Virus record (IMG/VR): IMGVR_UViG_3300031857_022279
Reading direction: 5' to 3' (one strand)
Source: a virus
DNA length: 64,000 bases
Shown here piece after piece: positions 1 to 10,759 of the stretch. The notes below the pieces were generated by a model. It did no database searches and was not told the origin of the DNA. It saw only the letters and a program-made list of their open reading frames with translations. Both the position numbers and the translations under genes were made by a program. Each line of letters opens with the position of its first letter. Positions within the stretch are counted from its first letter, which is position 1.

Positions 1-1
1 T

Positions 2-2010
2 CCCCAAGGTCATACAGGACCTCCCGGTAATCCAGGTGGTGATCAGGGACCAACGGGTTTTCAAGGTAATACAGGAGTTCAAGGTATAACTGGACCATCA
101 GCTACAGGACCGCAGGGTAATACAGGTATTATTGGTCCTCAAGGTCACACTGGTCCTCCCGGTAATCCTGGTGGAGATCAAGGTCCAACTGGTTTTCAAG
201 GAAACACTGGTGTTCAGGGTCTTACTGGACCTCAAGGTTTTACAGGAATCGGTACGACAGGATCTCAAGGATCTACTGGTTCTCAAGGCGCAACTGGTAG
301 TCAAGGTTTAACAGGAACTCAAGGAGTGACTGGTACTCAAGGTTCTACCGGTATTCAAGGATTGACTGGACCACAAGGTTCTACCGGTTCTCAAGGTCAG
401 ACAGGAGCTTCTATAACTGGCCCGCAAGGAAACACAGGTGTAGGTATACAAGGCCCAACTGGACCTCCCGGTAATCCTGGTGGAGATCAAGGTCCAACAG
501 GTTTTCAAGGTAATACAGGAGTTCAAGGTATAACGGGACCATCAATAACTGGTAATCAAGGACCTACTGGAATACCTGGTCCTCAAGGTGATACCGGTCC
601 TGCCGGTCCTGCAGGTGGTCCTTCTGGTCCACAAGGAAACACCGGAATACAAGGTTTGACGGGATTACAAGGTCCAACTGGTTTTCAAGGATTTACTGGT
701 TTACAGGGTCTTACTGGTCCACAAGGTTTGACTGGACTACAGGGATTAACTGGTCCACAGGGTGTAACTGGAACTCAAGGGTTTACAGGCACACAAGGAA
801 TTACTGGATCACAGGGTCCAACTGGTATTCAGGGTATGACTGGCACAAAGGGAGAAACTGGACCTTCAATAACAGGACCACAAGGTCCAACTGGTGTAGA
901 TGGTCTACAAGGTCCAACAGGACCACCAAATGGTTTTCAAGGACCAACCGGACTTCAAGGTATGACCGGTCCAAAAGGTGACCCGGGTGGCTTTCAAGGA
1001 CCAACAGGTCCAGAGGGTTCTACTGGTGTTCAAGGAACTACAGGTATATCTATAACTGGACCTCAGGGATTTACCGGTAATCAAGGAACAACGGGCTCTC
1101 AAGGATTAACTGGTACTCAAGGTATAACAGGTTCTCAAGGTTTCACTGGTTCGCAGGGGGTGACAGGGTCTCAAGGATTTACTGGATTTCAAGGAAATAC
1201 AGGATCTCAGGGAAATACAGGGTCTCAAGGTGTTACTGGATTTCAAGGTAATACTGGTATTCAAGGACCCACAGGTAATTCTATTACAGGACCACAGGGT
1301 GTCACTGGTATAGATGGTAATCAAGGTCCAACAGGACCTGCTGGTACACCTGGTGGACCTCAAGGATTCACTGGATTTCAAGGACCAACTGGGCCAAAAG
1401 GTGATCCGGGAGGTCTTCAGGGACCAACTGGAACAACAGGAGTTGATGGTCCAACTGGTACTCAAGGACCAACTGGTAATCAGGGTAATACAGGTCCACA
1501 AGGCACAACTGGGAGTCAGGGTATTACTGGGCATCAAGGAACTACAGGAAATCAAGGTTCAACTGGTGTTCAAGGTTCTACAGGAATACAAGGACTCACT
1601 GGACCGAAAGGTGAAACTGGAACTTCTGTAACAGGTGCTCAAGGTCCAACTGGTGTTGGTCTTCAGGGTCCAACTGGACCACCGAATGGTTTTCAAGGAC
1701 CAACTGGCTTCCAAGGTGCAACTGGTCCTAAGGGTGATCCTGGTGGATTTCAAGGTCCGACTGGACCAACCGGTCCTTCCGCAAATTACTATGTTCAAGA
1801 ACCACCAGCACCACCGTCACCGGTACAAGGTGATAGATGGTATGACTTATCAACGGGTCAAGAATTTGTTTATATAAACGATAATACCAGCTCTCAGTGG
1901 GTTACTCCAATTAATTTTTACAATGGTTCATCTACCGGTGGTAATACAGGTCCGCAAGGAACCACTGGTCCTCAAGGAATCACTGGAAGTCAAGGTCCAA
2001 CTGGTCCTAG
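2..2010 (+). repeat. Collagen-type Gly-X-Y coding repeat with higher-order modules
   Basis: G-X-Q/G-X-T triplets. The module PPGNPGGDQGPTGFQGNTGVQG occurs three times (~17, ~146, ~461) and GPKGDPGG three times. Confidence 0.9.
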
Positions 2011-4534
2011 CAGTATCACAATAACTGACCCTGCTGGTAGAATATTCTTTAGTAGTGGTAGTTCACTTACAAGCTCAAGTTGTTTAAGTATAAACGTATC
2101 AGATCTAAATTTAATTATTGGTTCAACTGGTAGTTCTATTCTGGGCTACCTTGGTAACCCAGCCTCTGTCTATTGTAGTCGTAGAAATTCTATAATAAGC
2201 AGTTTTGATTCTGAGATTTCTGCTATTAGCCGTGGTAACACTATAATTTCTGGTGAGTGTAATAGACAATGTGTTTCATGTAATTCAACAATAATTTCAA
2301 GTAAATGTAGTTGCATGGACCCCGCTGGTGGTATTTTTGGCAATGTACATTTTCACAGTTCGATAATAGCAGGATTCAATAGTTGTATAATAAGTTCTGG
2401 AGCAGTTACTGTCAAATATTCGTCAATAGTGGGTGATTGTCAGTCTAGAATCCAATCTGGATGCACATCTTTGATAGGTGGGGGTTTTAAAAATGTAATT
2501 TGTACTAGTTTACAATCATCAATTCTTGGTGGATCGTGTAATGTTATTACAAATTCAACTTGTAATAGTTCTATTATAGGCAGTTACAGATCATGTATCA
2601 GTTGCTCAAAACAAACTGCAATAATTGCAGGTGGAACTGGTAGTTTTATCAATTGTGCAAGTTGTAATTCATCACTTATTGGCGGATATAGAAATACATT
2701 AACGGCATCTTGTTTTAGTTCAATTATTAGTGGTCAAAGAAACTGTATTAGTAACGGTGCAAACTCTATAATAATTGGTGGTTCTGGAAGTTTTATAAGC
2801 TCTACTGCTTCTAATAGTGTTATAGTAGGTGGTAATTCACTCACTTTAACAGCCTCTAATACCGTACTTGTGCCAAATTTAAGAGTTGCTGGTAATTTAA
2901 TTCCTAACGCTGATCAGACTTATGACCTTGGTGCAACTCCATCTGGAAGATGGAGAGATCTATGGCTTAGTGGTAACACAATATATCTTGGTGATTTAAC
3001 TATCTCGGCATCTGGTTCATCAGTTGCAGTTCCAAATCTATTAGTTACCGGTGGCTCGACGTTTAGAGGTAGTCTATCTACAGGAACAGCTTCAGTATTG
3101 GGTAATATATCTGCAACTGGTTCATTATCAGTAACGAATACAATCACAGCTGGTACTATTTCCGCAACTAACCAGGTAGATTCCAGTTCGTTCAATGCTG
3201 CTACTTATAAAATAGCTACTTTTAAAGCACTTGATGGACCAGCTTTTTCAGCTTATGGAAGTGTAGCTACGACGCTAAATAACGGTGTAGTAACTAAAAT
3301 AACTTTGGATACTGAGGAATTTGATACTGACAATGTATTCAACACTTCAACATATCGATTCACACCAAATTTAGCTGGATATTATCTGTTCCATGGTCAC
3401 ATAAGTGTTGTCACATACGCATCAAACACTAGCTCACAAATTATGTCATTATATAAAAATGGATATGAATATAAAAGAGGAGTTAGAGTTCCTTGCAATA
3501 CTGCTGGTGTTGGGACCATGATTAGTGCAATGATTTTCATGGATGGAATCACTGACTATATCGAAATGTATGGTCTACAGAGTTCTGGTGGTAATGTTAC
3601 AACTGAGACTGGTCAACAATTTGGTTCATATTTACAAGGTAATTTTGTGAAACCACCAATTTACTTATACGTTTCGGTTCAATATCTAGTCATCGGAGGG
3701 GGTGGCGGAGGCGGATGTAACTGGGGTGGAGGTGGAGGTGGAGGTGCCTTTGTTGAAGGAACTTCTGGATTTGCTAGAGGATTTGTTTATGATATTATTG
3801 TTGGAACTGGTGGGGATGGTGCAACCACTGCGGGCTCCGGTGGTAATGGTGGTTCATCAACCATAACAGGTGTTAAATATACTCCTAGTACTTTTACTAT
3901 TGATGCTTCTGGCGGTGGCGGTGGTGGATATAACATAAGTGGATCAAGTGCAGCTGCAGGAAATTCAAATGGCAACGGGTCTGGTGGTGGTGCTGGGTAT
4001 CCAGGTTCTGGTGGAACAGTTGCTGGTGGGTCTGGTGTCAATAACGTAACTATAGAATTTCAAACTGTTAATTCATTCAACAGTGGGGGACAATCACAAG
4101 GTTTAAATTCTAGAGCATCTGGTGGTGGAGGTGGTGCTGGTGCTGTTGGACAAGAAGGTCAAACATCAACCACTGGTGGTAATGGTGGTGCTGGTAAAAC
4201 AAGTTCAATAACTGGTGCTTCTGTATACTATTCAGCTGGAGGTGGAGGCGGTGGTAATGCCGGAACAGTACAATCTTCAGGTGGGACTGGTAATACAGGT
4301 GGCAAAGGTGGAAATACAAATGGAGGCGCTGGTACAAGTGGCGCGGGTGGATATGGTATGGGCGGTGGTGGAGGTGCTACTAATGGTGGCCAAGGTGGTA
4401 ATGGTAGTAAAGGTGTTGTTATTTTACGTGTTTTAACTTCTCAAAATAGTTCGGGAACTGGCACCTATACAACAACAACTGATGGTCTATACACAATTTT
4501 CACATTTACTGGCGATGGCCAGTTTATACCCTGA
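2..4534 (+). CDS. Collagen-like tail fibre protein (5'-partial): Gly-X-Y repeats, IIGGxxN solenoid repeats, C1q-like domain, Gly-rich C-terminal domain
   Basis: Frame is open from base 2 (PQGHTGPPGNPGGDQG...), so the track start at 326 (GTG) is internal. Gly-X-Y runs to ~2010. Other modules: QEPPAPPSPVQGDRWYD; NLIPNADQTYDLG...RWRDLWLSGNTIYLG shaft motif; GPAFSAY...FDTDNVFNTSTYRFTPNLAGYYLF C1q-like segment at 3236-3652; GGGGG-rich end with GVVILR. Confidence 0.85.
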   Translation, partial: PQGHTGPPGNPGGDQGPTGFQGNTGVQGITGPSATGPQGNTGIIGPQGHTGPPGNPGGDQGPTGFQGNTGVQGLTGPQGFTGIGTTGSQGSTGSQGATGSQGLTGTQGVTGTQGSTGIQGLTGPQGSTGSQGQTGASITGPQGNTGVGIQGPTGPPGNPGGDQGPTGFQGNTGVQGITGPSITGNQGPTGIPGPQGDTGPAGPAGGPSGPQGNTGIQGLTGLQGPTGFQGFTGLQGLTGPQGLTGLQGLTGPQGVTGTQGFTGTQGITGSQGPTGIQGMTGTKGETGPSITGPQGPTGVDGLQGPTGPPNGFQGPTGLQGMTGPKGDPGGFQGPTGPEGSTGVQGTTGISITGPQGFTGNQGTTGSQGLTGTQGITGSQGFTGSQGVTGSQGFTGFQGNTGSQGNTGSQGVTGFQGNTGIQGPTGNSITGPQGVTGIDGNQGPTGPAGTPGGPQGFTGFQGPTGPKGDPGGLQGPTGTTGVDGPTGTQGPTGNQGNTGPQGTTGSQGITGHQGTTGNQGSTGVQGSTGIQGLTGPKGETGTSVTGAQGPTGVGLQGPTGPPNGFQGPTGFQGATGPKGDPGGFQGPTGPTGPSANYYVQEPPAPPSPVQGDRWYDLSTGQEFVYINDNTSSQWVTPINFYNGSSTGGNTGPQGTTGPQGITGSQGPTGPSSITITDPAGRIFFSSGSSLTSSSCLSINVSDLNLIIGSTGSSILGYLGNPASVYCSRRNSIISSFDSEISAISRGNTIISGECNRQCVSCNSTIISSKCSCMDPAGGIFGNVHFHSSIIAGFNSCIISSGAVTVKYSSIVGDCQSRIQSGCTSLIGGGFKNVICTSLQSSILGGSCNVITNSTCNSSIIGSYRSCISCSKQTAIIAGGTGSFINCASCNSSLIGGYRNTLTASCFSSIISGQRNCISNGANSIIIGGSGSFISSTASNSVIVGGNSLTLTASNTVLVPNLRVAGNLIPNADQTYDLGATPSGRWRDLWLSGNTIYLGDLTISASGSSVAVPNLLVTGGSTFRGSLSTGTASVLGNISATGSLSVTNTITAGTISATNQVDSSSFNAATYKIATFKALDGPAFSAYGSVATTLNNGVVTKITLDTEEFDTDNVFNTSTYRFTPNLAGYYLFHGHISVVTYASNTSSQIMSLYKNGYEYKRGVRVPCNTAGVGTMISAMIFMDGITDYIEMYGLQSSGGNVTTETGQQFGSYLQGNFVKPPIYLYVSVQYLVIGGGGGGGCNWGGGGGGGAFVEGTSGFARGFVYDIIVGTGGDGATTAGSGGNGGSSTITGVKYTPSTFTIDASGGGGGGYNISGSSAAAGNSNGNGSGGGAGYPGSGGTVAGGSGVNNVTIEFQTVNSFNSGGQSQGLNSRASGGGGGAGAVGQEGQTSTTGGNGGAGKTSSITGASVYYSAGGGGGGNAGTVQSSGGTGNTGGKGGNTNGGAGTSGAGGYGMGGGGGATNGGQGGNGSKGVVILRVLTSQNSSGTGTYTTTTDGLYTIFTFTGDGQFIP

Positions 4535-4561
4535 TAAAATAGATAAATAAATAAATAGAAT

Positions 4562-7500
4562 ATGCCAGTAAATTTTCCATCATTTCCCTCAACAAACGAG
4601 ACCTACACTTTTAGTTCAACAGTGTGGACATATAATGGATATGCATGGGTTGTATCTTCATCGGCTCAATCAACTGGTGCTACAGGTCCTCAAGGTCCTA
4701 CTGGACAGGCAGGATCAGGTTCCGGGGTAACAGGTCCTCAAGGTCCGACTGGTATAGATGGTGTTCAGGGTCCGACTGGACCAGCAGGTGGTGGATCTGG
4801 CACAACCGGTCCTCAAGGCCCAACTGGCCTACAGGGTATAACAGGTCCTCAAGGTTCAACAGGACCGGGTATTTCGGTTGATAGACCATTCACTGAAGTA
4901 TTCTTTAGTGATGGTAATTTAGGCATAACGAGTTCAGAAAACTTCACATTCAATCCAACTTACTCGAACTTAGTTTCCGGACTTTCTAATAGTATAATCG
5001 CTGGAGTCTATGGACCTACTGATAGTATTTCATCAGCTATAATTGGTGGTAAAGAAAATACTATATCTAATAGATCAAGTTATTCTACAATTTTAGGCGG
5101 ATCTTGTAATTTAATTACTGGTACATCCGCTTCATCAGCCGCTTCATCAGCTATAATTGGTGGTAAAGAAAATACTATATCTGATAGATCAAGTTATTCT
5201 ACAATTTTAGCTGGATCTTGCAATTTAATTACTGGTACATCCGCGTACGGATTTGTAAGTGGTGTTTGTAATAAAATTATAAACAGTTCAAAATCTCATA
5301 TAATAGGAGGTGAGAAGAATTCTATTTGTAATTACGACGGTCTCTACCAAAATGCTAATCTATTGAATCTTGATAGCTCTTTAATAATTGGAGGATGTCA
5401 GAATACAATTATGAACAACAGTTATGTTTCAAATTTCTCATCAATTATAGGTGGATTTACAAACTCGATATGTGATTCTCAACGTTCCTCTATCTTATTT
5501 TCATCTTGTTCAGTAAATCGTATATCCTGTTGTGGTATTATATTAAATTCATATAAATCTATACAATGTTGGGACTGTAACAGTTTAATATTAGGTGGTT
5601 CATATAATTGGATTATTGGAAATTATCTGGGACAACCAGAATACAACGTAATAGTTGGTGGTAAACATAATTGCATGTTCCAATTTAACTCATATACTGG
5701 TTACACCGGAGTCTCTTCCTATAGTGCTATACTATCATCTACTGGTTCAAGTATCAATTGGTCTATTTCAGGAGTGATTGTAGGTGGATCCGGAAATATT
5801 CTTGCAGGTCGACCGTATGACATCAAAAATCTAACTTCTACAATAATAGGAGGTAGATGTAACATTATTTTGATAGATGCTTTTGCTGCTGGTACATCGT
5901 CAGACAATTCAATTATGGGTGGATTCTGTAACAGAATTGTAAATTCTGATAGAAGTGCAATAATTGGTGGCAGTCAGCTCACCCTCACTCAATCGGATAC
6001 AGTACTTGTACCTCAATTAAAATTAAACGAGCCTACAAATTCTGTAATATTATCTGCAACAAATGGGACTTTAAATATTGGAATAGGAACTTACTCTTAC
6101 AGATTACCAAAGACTGATGGGTTACCAGGTCAGTTATTATCAACTGATGGATTGGCATCTTCTGGTGGTACCCTTTCTTGGGTTACTGCTTCTGGTGTTG
6201 GTAGTCAGGGAGTGACTGGACCACAGGGTTTGACAGGTGTTCAAGGTCTAACAGGTCCTCAAGGTTTTACAGGAGATCAAGGTACAACTGGTTCTCAAGG
6301 ATTTACAGGTAATCAAGGTCTGACTGGATCACAAGGAACCACTGGTAATCAAGGATTTACAGGTAATCAGGGTGTGACCGGACTACAAGGTTCGACTGGT
6401 GTTCAAGGATTTACCGGACCACAAGGATTTACAGGTAATCAGGGTGTGACCGGACTACAAGGTTCGACTGGTGTTCAAGGATTTACCGGACCACAAGGGT
6501 TTACAGGTGATCAAGGATCAACAGGACCACAAGGTTTTACTGGTTTACAAGGATTTACTGGTCCACAAGGTCAACCCGGTCAAGCAGCTTCATACTATAA
6601 TTACAAAGCTAAAACGGCAAGTCAGAGTGGTGATCCAGGATCAACATATATCCTCTGGAATAATGCTACACAAATAAGTTCAACACAAATAAACATAAGT
6701 CACATCAATAGAGATTCAGTGGATATAGATTTCTTACTTGCTACAATTATCCCAGGCAACACAATAATAATACAAGCTGATGATAATTCAAATAACTATC
6801 AAAAATGGGTAGTTAGTGCCACGATTTCAATAATCCCGAACTCTTATGTGCAAATACCAGTTACATTCGTAGAATATGGTGGTACTGGTAATTCATTTAA
6901 TAATGATGATAATATTATAGTTATAGTTCAAACAGCTGGTTCTACTGGTCCACAAGGAAGTGTTGGTGTAACTGGACCACAAGGTCAAACTGGTATACAA
7001 GGATTTACTGGACCACAAGGTGCTACTGGTTCAGGAATTTCAATCACTAGTCCAACTGGTGAAATATTCTTCAGCAGTGGTAGTTCACTAACTAGTTCTA
7101 GTTGTTTTAATATAGATTCATCAAGACTGAATTTGATTATAGGTTCTACCGGTTCTAGTTTTGACAACACACCAAAAAATAATCGTAGAAACTCAATAAT
7201 TAGTAGTGGGAATTCAAAAATATGCTATGGTAGTTGTGAGAGCGGAATCGCTTTTGGTCAGAATAATTTAATATACTCATCTATAAATTCATCAATAATA
7301 TCAAGTCAAAATAGTTGTATTTGTAATCCCTTGTCTAAATTTGTTTATAATAGTTCAATAATTGGAGGAGTAGATCATAAAATTATAGGAGCATCTTTTT
7401 TATCTTCTTATTCTTTGATTTTGGGTGGTACATCCTCAACAATTTGTTCTGCATATAGAACAGTAATAATTGGTGGTGGTGGCAACATAGCTTATGGTAC

Positions 7501-8929
7501 AAATAGATCAGTAATTTCCGGGGGTATTCAAAACACGCAATGTAATGCTTATAACTCGAACATTCTTGGTGGTGGTAGTAATTATATTGGTGTAAAATCC
7601 GGTTCCGTTGTATCAAGTTTGATAGCTGGTGGTTATAAAAATAGAATTTGTGGTGATGATTCCGATAGTGATATAATAATTGGTGGTAGAAGTAACTGTA
7701 TTTGTAAATCTACTAATTCTGTAATAATCGGAGCAAGTGGTAGTGCTATTTGCCAGGGAGCTGTAAATTCAGTGATAATTGGTGGTAATGGTCTTACACT
7801 TACAGCTTCAAATACTGTTTTAGTACCTAACTTACAAATAGATGGTGTTTTAAATGGTAAGTTTATTAACCAGCAAACAAACACTGGTCCATATTATTTA
7901 GCCGAATTTAGAGGTAATGGTGGTGCGAGATTTAAAATAGGCGTGAGTGATGACTTAAATTTTGGAATAGCGAATGATGTTCTAAATAGCACCGATAATG
8001 GTTATGCTGATTACAACCTAAATGCTAAAGAAATTACCTTTGGAATAAACGACGATCCAGTAGTTGGACCGGGTCTACCAAACGCATTTGTGATTCACAA
8101 TCAAGGAGCATGGGTTGAAATTACATACGGATTAACTGTTAGTCAAGTTTTTAGTGTTAATGGTACAATCGGAAGTAATTTAATTCCTGATATAGATGCC
8201 TACTATGATTTAGGAGCAAGTCCTTCATCTAGATGGAAAGACTTATGGTTAAGTGGAAATACTATCTATTTGGGAGATGCTAAATTAAGCTCAACTGGTT
8301 CATCAGTTCAAATAGAAACTCTTTATATAGGCACAACTAATCCAGTTCAGATCTCTGCAACTGGTAACTCACTGGTTTTTGGATCAACACAGTCTTATGC
8401 ACTTCCAAACTACGATGGTGGTCCTGGTCAAGTTCTTTACACAGACGGACTAGGCCAACTTGGTTGGACTAATTCTGGAGGCGGTGCAGGTACACAAGGC
8501 CCAACTGGACCAGCTGGTAATGCCGGTTCACAGGGTCCAACCGGTCCGCAGGGTCCTACTGGACCAGCGCCAACAACTACCAATTCTTTTGGTATTACAA
8601 TCGATGGCCAAGGTGGTACAATAACAACTGGAGTTAAGGGTTATGTAAGTATACCTTATGATTGTACTATCACAGGATGGACTATAATAGCAAACGCAAC
8701 AGGATCAGTTGTAATAGACGTATGGAAGGCGGCAAGTTCAATACCGACTGTTTCGAATAGTATCGCTGGATCTGAGAAACCGACACTATCATCAGCTCAA
8801 TATAATCAAGATCTTACACTCTCAACTTGGACTGTTTCTGTGGATGCTAATGATGTAATTGCGTTCAACGTCGATTCAGCAACTACAGTTTCAAGTGTGT
8901 CATTAACTATTGCAGTCAGTAAGACATAA
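4562..8929 (+). CDS. Second collagen-like tail fibre protein
   Basis: N-terminal MPVNFPSFPSTNETYTF...WTYNGYAW motif; several Gly-X-Y blocks; IIGGxxN repeats; the same LIPD...YDLG...RWKDLWLSGNTIYLG shaft motif as fibre 1; C-terminal FGITIDGQGGTITTGVKG beta-sandwich-like domain. Confidence 0.85.
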   Translation: MPVNFPSFPSTNETYTFSSTVWTYNGYAWVVSSSAQSTGATGPQGPTGQAGSGSGVTGPQGPTGIDGVQGPTGPAGGGSGTTGPQGPTGLQGITGPQGSTGPGISVDRPFTEVFFSDGNLGITSSENFTFNPTYSNLVSGLSNSIIAGVYGPTDSISSAIIGGKENTISNRSSYSTILGGSCNLITGTSASSAASSAIIGGKENTISDRSSYSTILAGSCNLITGTSAYGFVSGVCNKIINSSKSHIIGGEKNSICNYDGLYQNANLLNLDSSLIIGGCQNTIMNNSYVSNFSSIIGGFTNSICDSQRSSILFSSCSVNRISCCGIILNSYKSIQCWDCNSLILGGSYNWIIGNYLGQPEYNVIVGGKHNCMFQFNSYTGYTGVSSYSAILSSTGSSINWSISGVIVGGSGNILAGRPYDIKNLTSTIIGGRCNIILIDAFAAGTSSDNSIMGGFCNRIVNSDRSAIIGGSQLTLTQSDTVLVPQLKLNEPTNSVILSATNGTLNIGIGTYSYRLPKTDGLPGQLLSTDGLASSGGTLSWVTASGVGSQGVTGPQGLTGVQGLTGPQGFTGDQGTTGSQGFTGNQGLTGSQGTTGNQGFTGNQGVTGLQGSTGVQGFTGPQGFTGNQGVTGLQGSTGVQGFTGPQGFTGDQGSTGPQGFTGLQGFTGPQGQPGQAASYYNYKAKTASQSGDPGSTYILWNNATQISSTQINISHINRDSVDIDFLLATIIPGNTIIIQADDNSNNYQKWVVSATISIIPNSYVQIPVTFVEYGGTGNSFNNDDNIIVIVQTAGSTGPQGSVGVTGPQGQTGIQGFTGPQGATGSGISITSPTGEIFFSSGSSLTSSSCFNIDSSRLNLIIGSTGSSFDNTPKNNRRNSIISSGNSKICYGSCESGIAFGQNNLIYSSINSSIISSQNSCICNPLSKFVYNSSIIGGVDHKIIGASFLSSYSLILGGTSSTICSAYRTVIIGGGGNIAYGTNRSVISGGIQNTQCNAYNSNILGGGSNYIGVKSGSVVSSLIAGGYKNRICGDDSDSDIIIGGRSNCICKSTNSVIIGASGSAICQGAVNSVIIGGNGLTLTASNTVLVPNLQIDGVLNGKFINQQTNTGPYYLAEFRGNGGARFKIGVSDDLNFGIANDVLNSTDNGYADYNLNAKEITFGINDDPVVGPGLPNAFVIHNQGAWVEITYGLTVSQVFSVNGTIGSNLIPDIDAYYDLGASPSSRWKDLWLSGNTIYLGDAKLSSTGSSVQIETLYIGTTNPVQISATGNSLVFGSTQSYALPNYDGGPGQVLYTDGLGQLGWTNSGGGAGTQGPTGPAGNAGSQGPTGPQGPTGPAPTTTNSFGITIDGQGGTITTGVKGYVSIPYDCTITGWTIIANATGSVVIDVWKAASSIPTVSNSIAGSEKPTLSSAQYNQDLTLSTWTVSVDANDVIAFNVDSATTVSSVSLTIAVSKT
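5030..5244 (+). repeat. Tandem duplication with a 114-nt period inside fibre 2
   Basis: 5030-5130 and 5144-5244 match over 101 nt with 4 mismatches by eye; encodes SSAIIGGKENTISxRSSYSTILxGSCNLITGTSA twice. Confidence 0.9.
6350..6498 (+). repeat. Perfect 72-nt tandem duplication in a collagen block
   Basis: 6350-6421 is identical to 6422-6493 (24 codons, QGFTGNQGVTGLQGSTGVQGFTGP). Confidence 0.9.
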
Positions 8930-8945
8930 AAAATAAATATTAATT

Positions 8946-9185
8946 ATGACTTATAGTATTTTAGAAAGAAGAGAAGAAACTTATCAATCTGAGGCTCAGA
9001 TTAGCGAGACTGAGACTATTATTATGGATCAAACAACTGTTTTCACAACCGTTCAGTATGACTTTGATGGTACAATAGTGACAGTCGAAATTCCACACTT
9101 TATGCCAGCAGATGAGGCATATATAACTTTAGGTATAGAAAATAGAGCAATAACAGAACAAAGAAAACTCGGGCTTATTCCATAA
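8946..9185 (+). CDS. Small protein in the fibre cassette (possible fibre assembly factor)
   Basis: 79 aa; stop overlaps the next start (TAATG). Function is inferred from position only. Confidence 0.6.
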   Translation: MTYSILERREETYQSEAQISETETIIMDQTTVFTTVQYDFDGTIVTVEIPHFMPADEAYITLGIENRAITEQRKLGLIP

Positions 9186-10756
9186 TGGCAACTATAACTA
9201 TAAGTAATACAGGTGGAAACTGGAATTCTACTTCTACTTGGGTAGGAGGAGTCGTTCCTACAGTAGCGGATGATGTGGTAGCTACTGCAACTTCCGGAAA
9301 TCTTACTGTGACTGCGACTGCTGCGGCTTTGAGTATCAACTTCACCAATTACGTTGGGACTTTCGTAGTCAATTCTGGAGTTACTCTTACTATTGGCAAC
9401 GGCACAACAAATACTGGAGGCACTTTTACTATGGTAGCTGGAATGAATGTTGGTGCGACTAGTACTGGAACTCTCTCTTTTGCAGCGACAGCAACTTTAA
9501 ACTCAGGAGGAAAAACCTGGCCAGGTAATATAACATTAATTGTCAGTCCTAATGTAGGTGGTCAAACTAGAACATTCACTTTAGGTAGTCCCTGGTCAGT
9601 CGATGGAAACCTATCAATAACTTTTGCTGCAACTTCTCAGTTTGTGACCCTAAATTCAAATTCGATGACTGTTCGTGGTAATTTCACCATGGGAACAGCT
9701 GCTGCTGTTCATAATTCTGGTTTTACTGGTACTACTAATTTGATATTAGGAACCACGACAACCCAGACTGTAACAACTAATATATCCGCGGGAATAGCAT
9801 TCGTCGATATTTTAGTTCCTGTTACTTTCAATTCGAGTGGTACTATAATCATCACTACTCCTTCCTCCAAGTTGCGTTTTGGCGCATTGACATGGACAGC
9901 TGGTATTGTAACAACTACTGGAGCCACGCTTTACAATGTAGGAAATATTACACTCACTACCGGAGGAATGACCTGGGATTGTGATTGGATTCTTCAAGGT
10001 CAAGGTAGAACTTTTACACTAGTAAGTGATTTTAATGTATCAAGTCTAGGATCTTTAACAACTCGTCAAACACAAAATATGACATTTAATGGAAGTAATA
10101 TCAATCTAAATTGTAATTATACACAAGTAGTAGTTACTATAGTTGGTAATTTGATTGGTACTACAGTGATGAATTTACTCGGAAATTCTACAATATCACA
10201 ATCTGCTGGCCTTTCATTTCGACTTCCAACTATTATAAACTCAACAGGCACAGTCACATTTACATCAAATTTTAGTCACGGTGCATCACTAACATATACT
10301 GCCGGCACATTTTCAATGTCAAACTCGTTGACTTGGACTAATGTAGCCACTGCCACATATACTTTAAATGCTCCAAATTTTAATTTTCCAAATTTTATAT
10401 CTACCACCAACGTAACATTCGCAGGATCAGAAGGTTGTAATTTCTATTCATATACAGTGACAACTGCGGGAGTAACTAACACACTTCAAATAAATGAGAC
10501 TTATACAATCCTCTCTGCAATTACTGTGACCGGGACACTCGCATCAAGAGTATCTTTTGTATCTTCTTCTGCTAATACTAATGCCATATTAACTGTCTTA
10601 CAAGGTGCTTCTATGGATGTAGGATATGCAAACGCAACAGATATTGACTCGTCTCTTGGTCAGACTATTTGGAGTTACAGAGGAACTTTACTTAGAAGTA
10701 CTAACTGGCAACAACTTCCAGTTCAGCCAAAAACAGTCGCTAACTTCAATATATAA
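9185..10756 (+). CDS. Thr/Gly/Asn-rich beta-solenoid protein, putative receptor-binding or fibre-associated (paralog A)
   Basis: Starts GGNWNSTSTWVGGVVPTVADDV, resembling autotransporter-passenger-like repeats; C-terminus aligns by eye with the next ORF. Confidence 0.7.
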   Translation: MATITISNTGGNWNSTSTWVGGVVPTVADDVVATATSGNLTVTATAAALSINFTNYVGTFVVNSGVTLTIGNGTTNTGGTFTMVAGMNVGATSTGTLSFAATATLNSGGKTWPGNITLIVSPNVGGQTRTFTLGSPWSVDGNLSITFAATSQFVTLNSNSMTVRGNFTMGTAAAVHNSGFTGTTNLILGTTTTQTVTTNISAGIAFVDILVPVTFNSSGTIIITTPSSKLRFGALTWTAGIVTTTGATLYNVGNITLTTGGMTWDCDWILQGQGRTFTLVSDFNVSSLGSLTTRQTQNMTFNGSNINLNCNYTQVVVTIVGNLIGTTVMNLLGNSTISQSAGLSFRLPTIINSTGTVTFTSNFSHGASLTYTAGTFSMSNSLTWTNVATATYTLNAPNFNFPNFISTTNVTFAGSEGCNFYSYTVTTAGVTNTLQINETYTILSAITVTGTLASRVSFVSSSANTNAILTVLQGASMDVGYANATDIDSSLGQTIWSYRGTLLRSTNWQQLPVQPKTVANFNI

Positions 10757-10759
10757 ATT

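Noticed and set aside
326-328. Track start codon for fibre 1
   Set aside because: The frame is open with continuing collagen repeats from base 2, so the real start lies upstream of the window.
4543-8939. ATAAATA copies before fibre genes as evidence of a foreign T4-type cassette
   Set aside because: These short AT-rich matches could arise by chance, and the same cassette also has CAATATATA before gene 10760.
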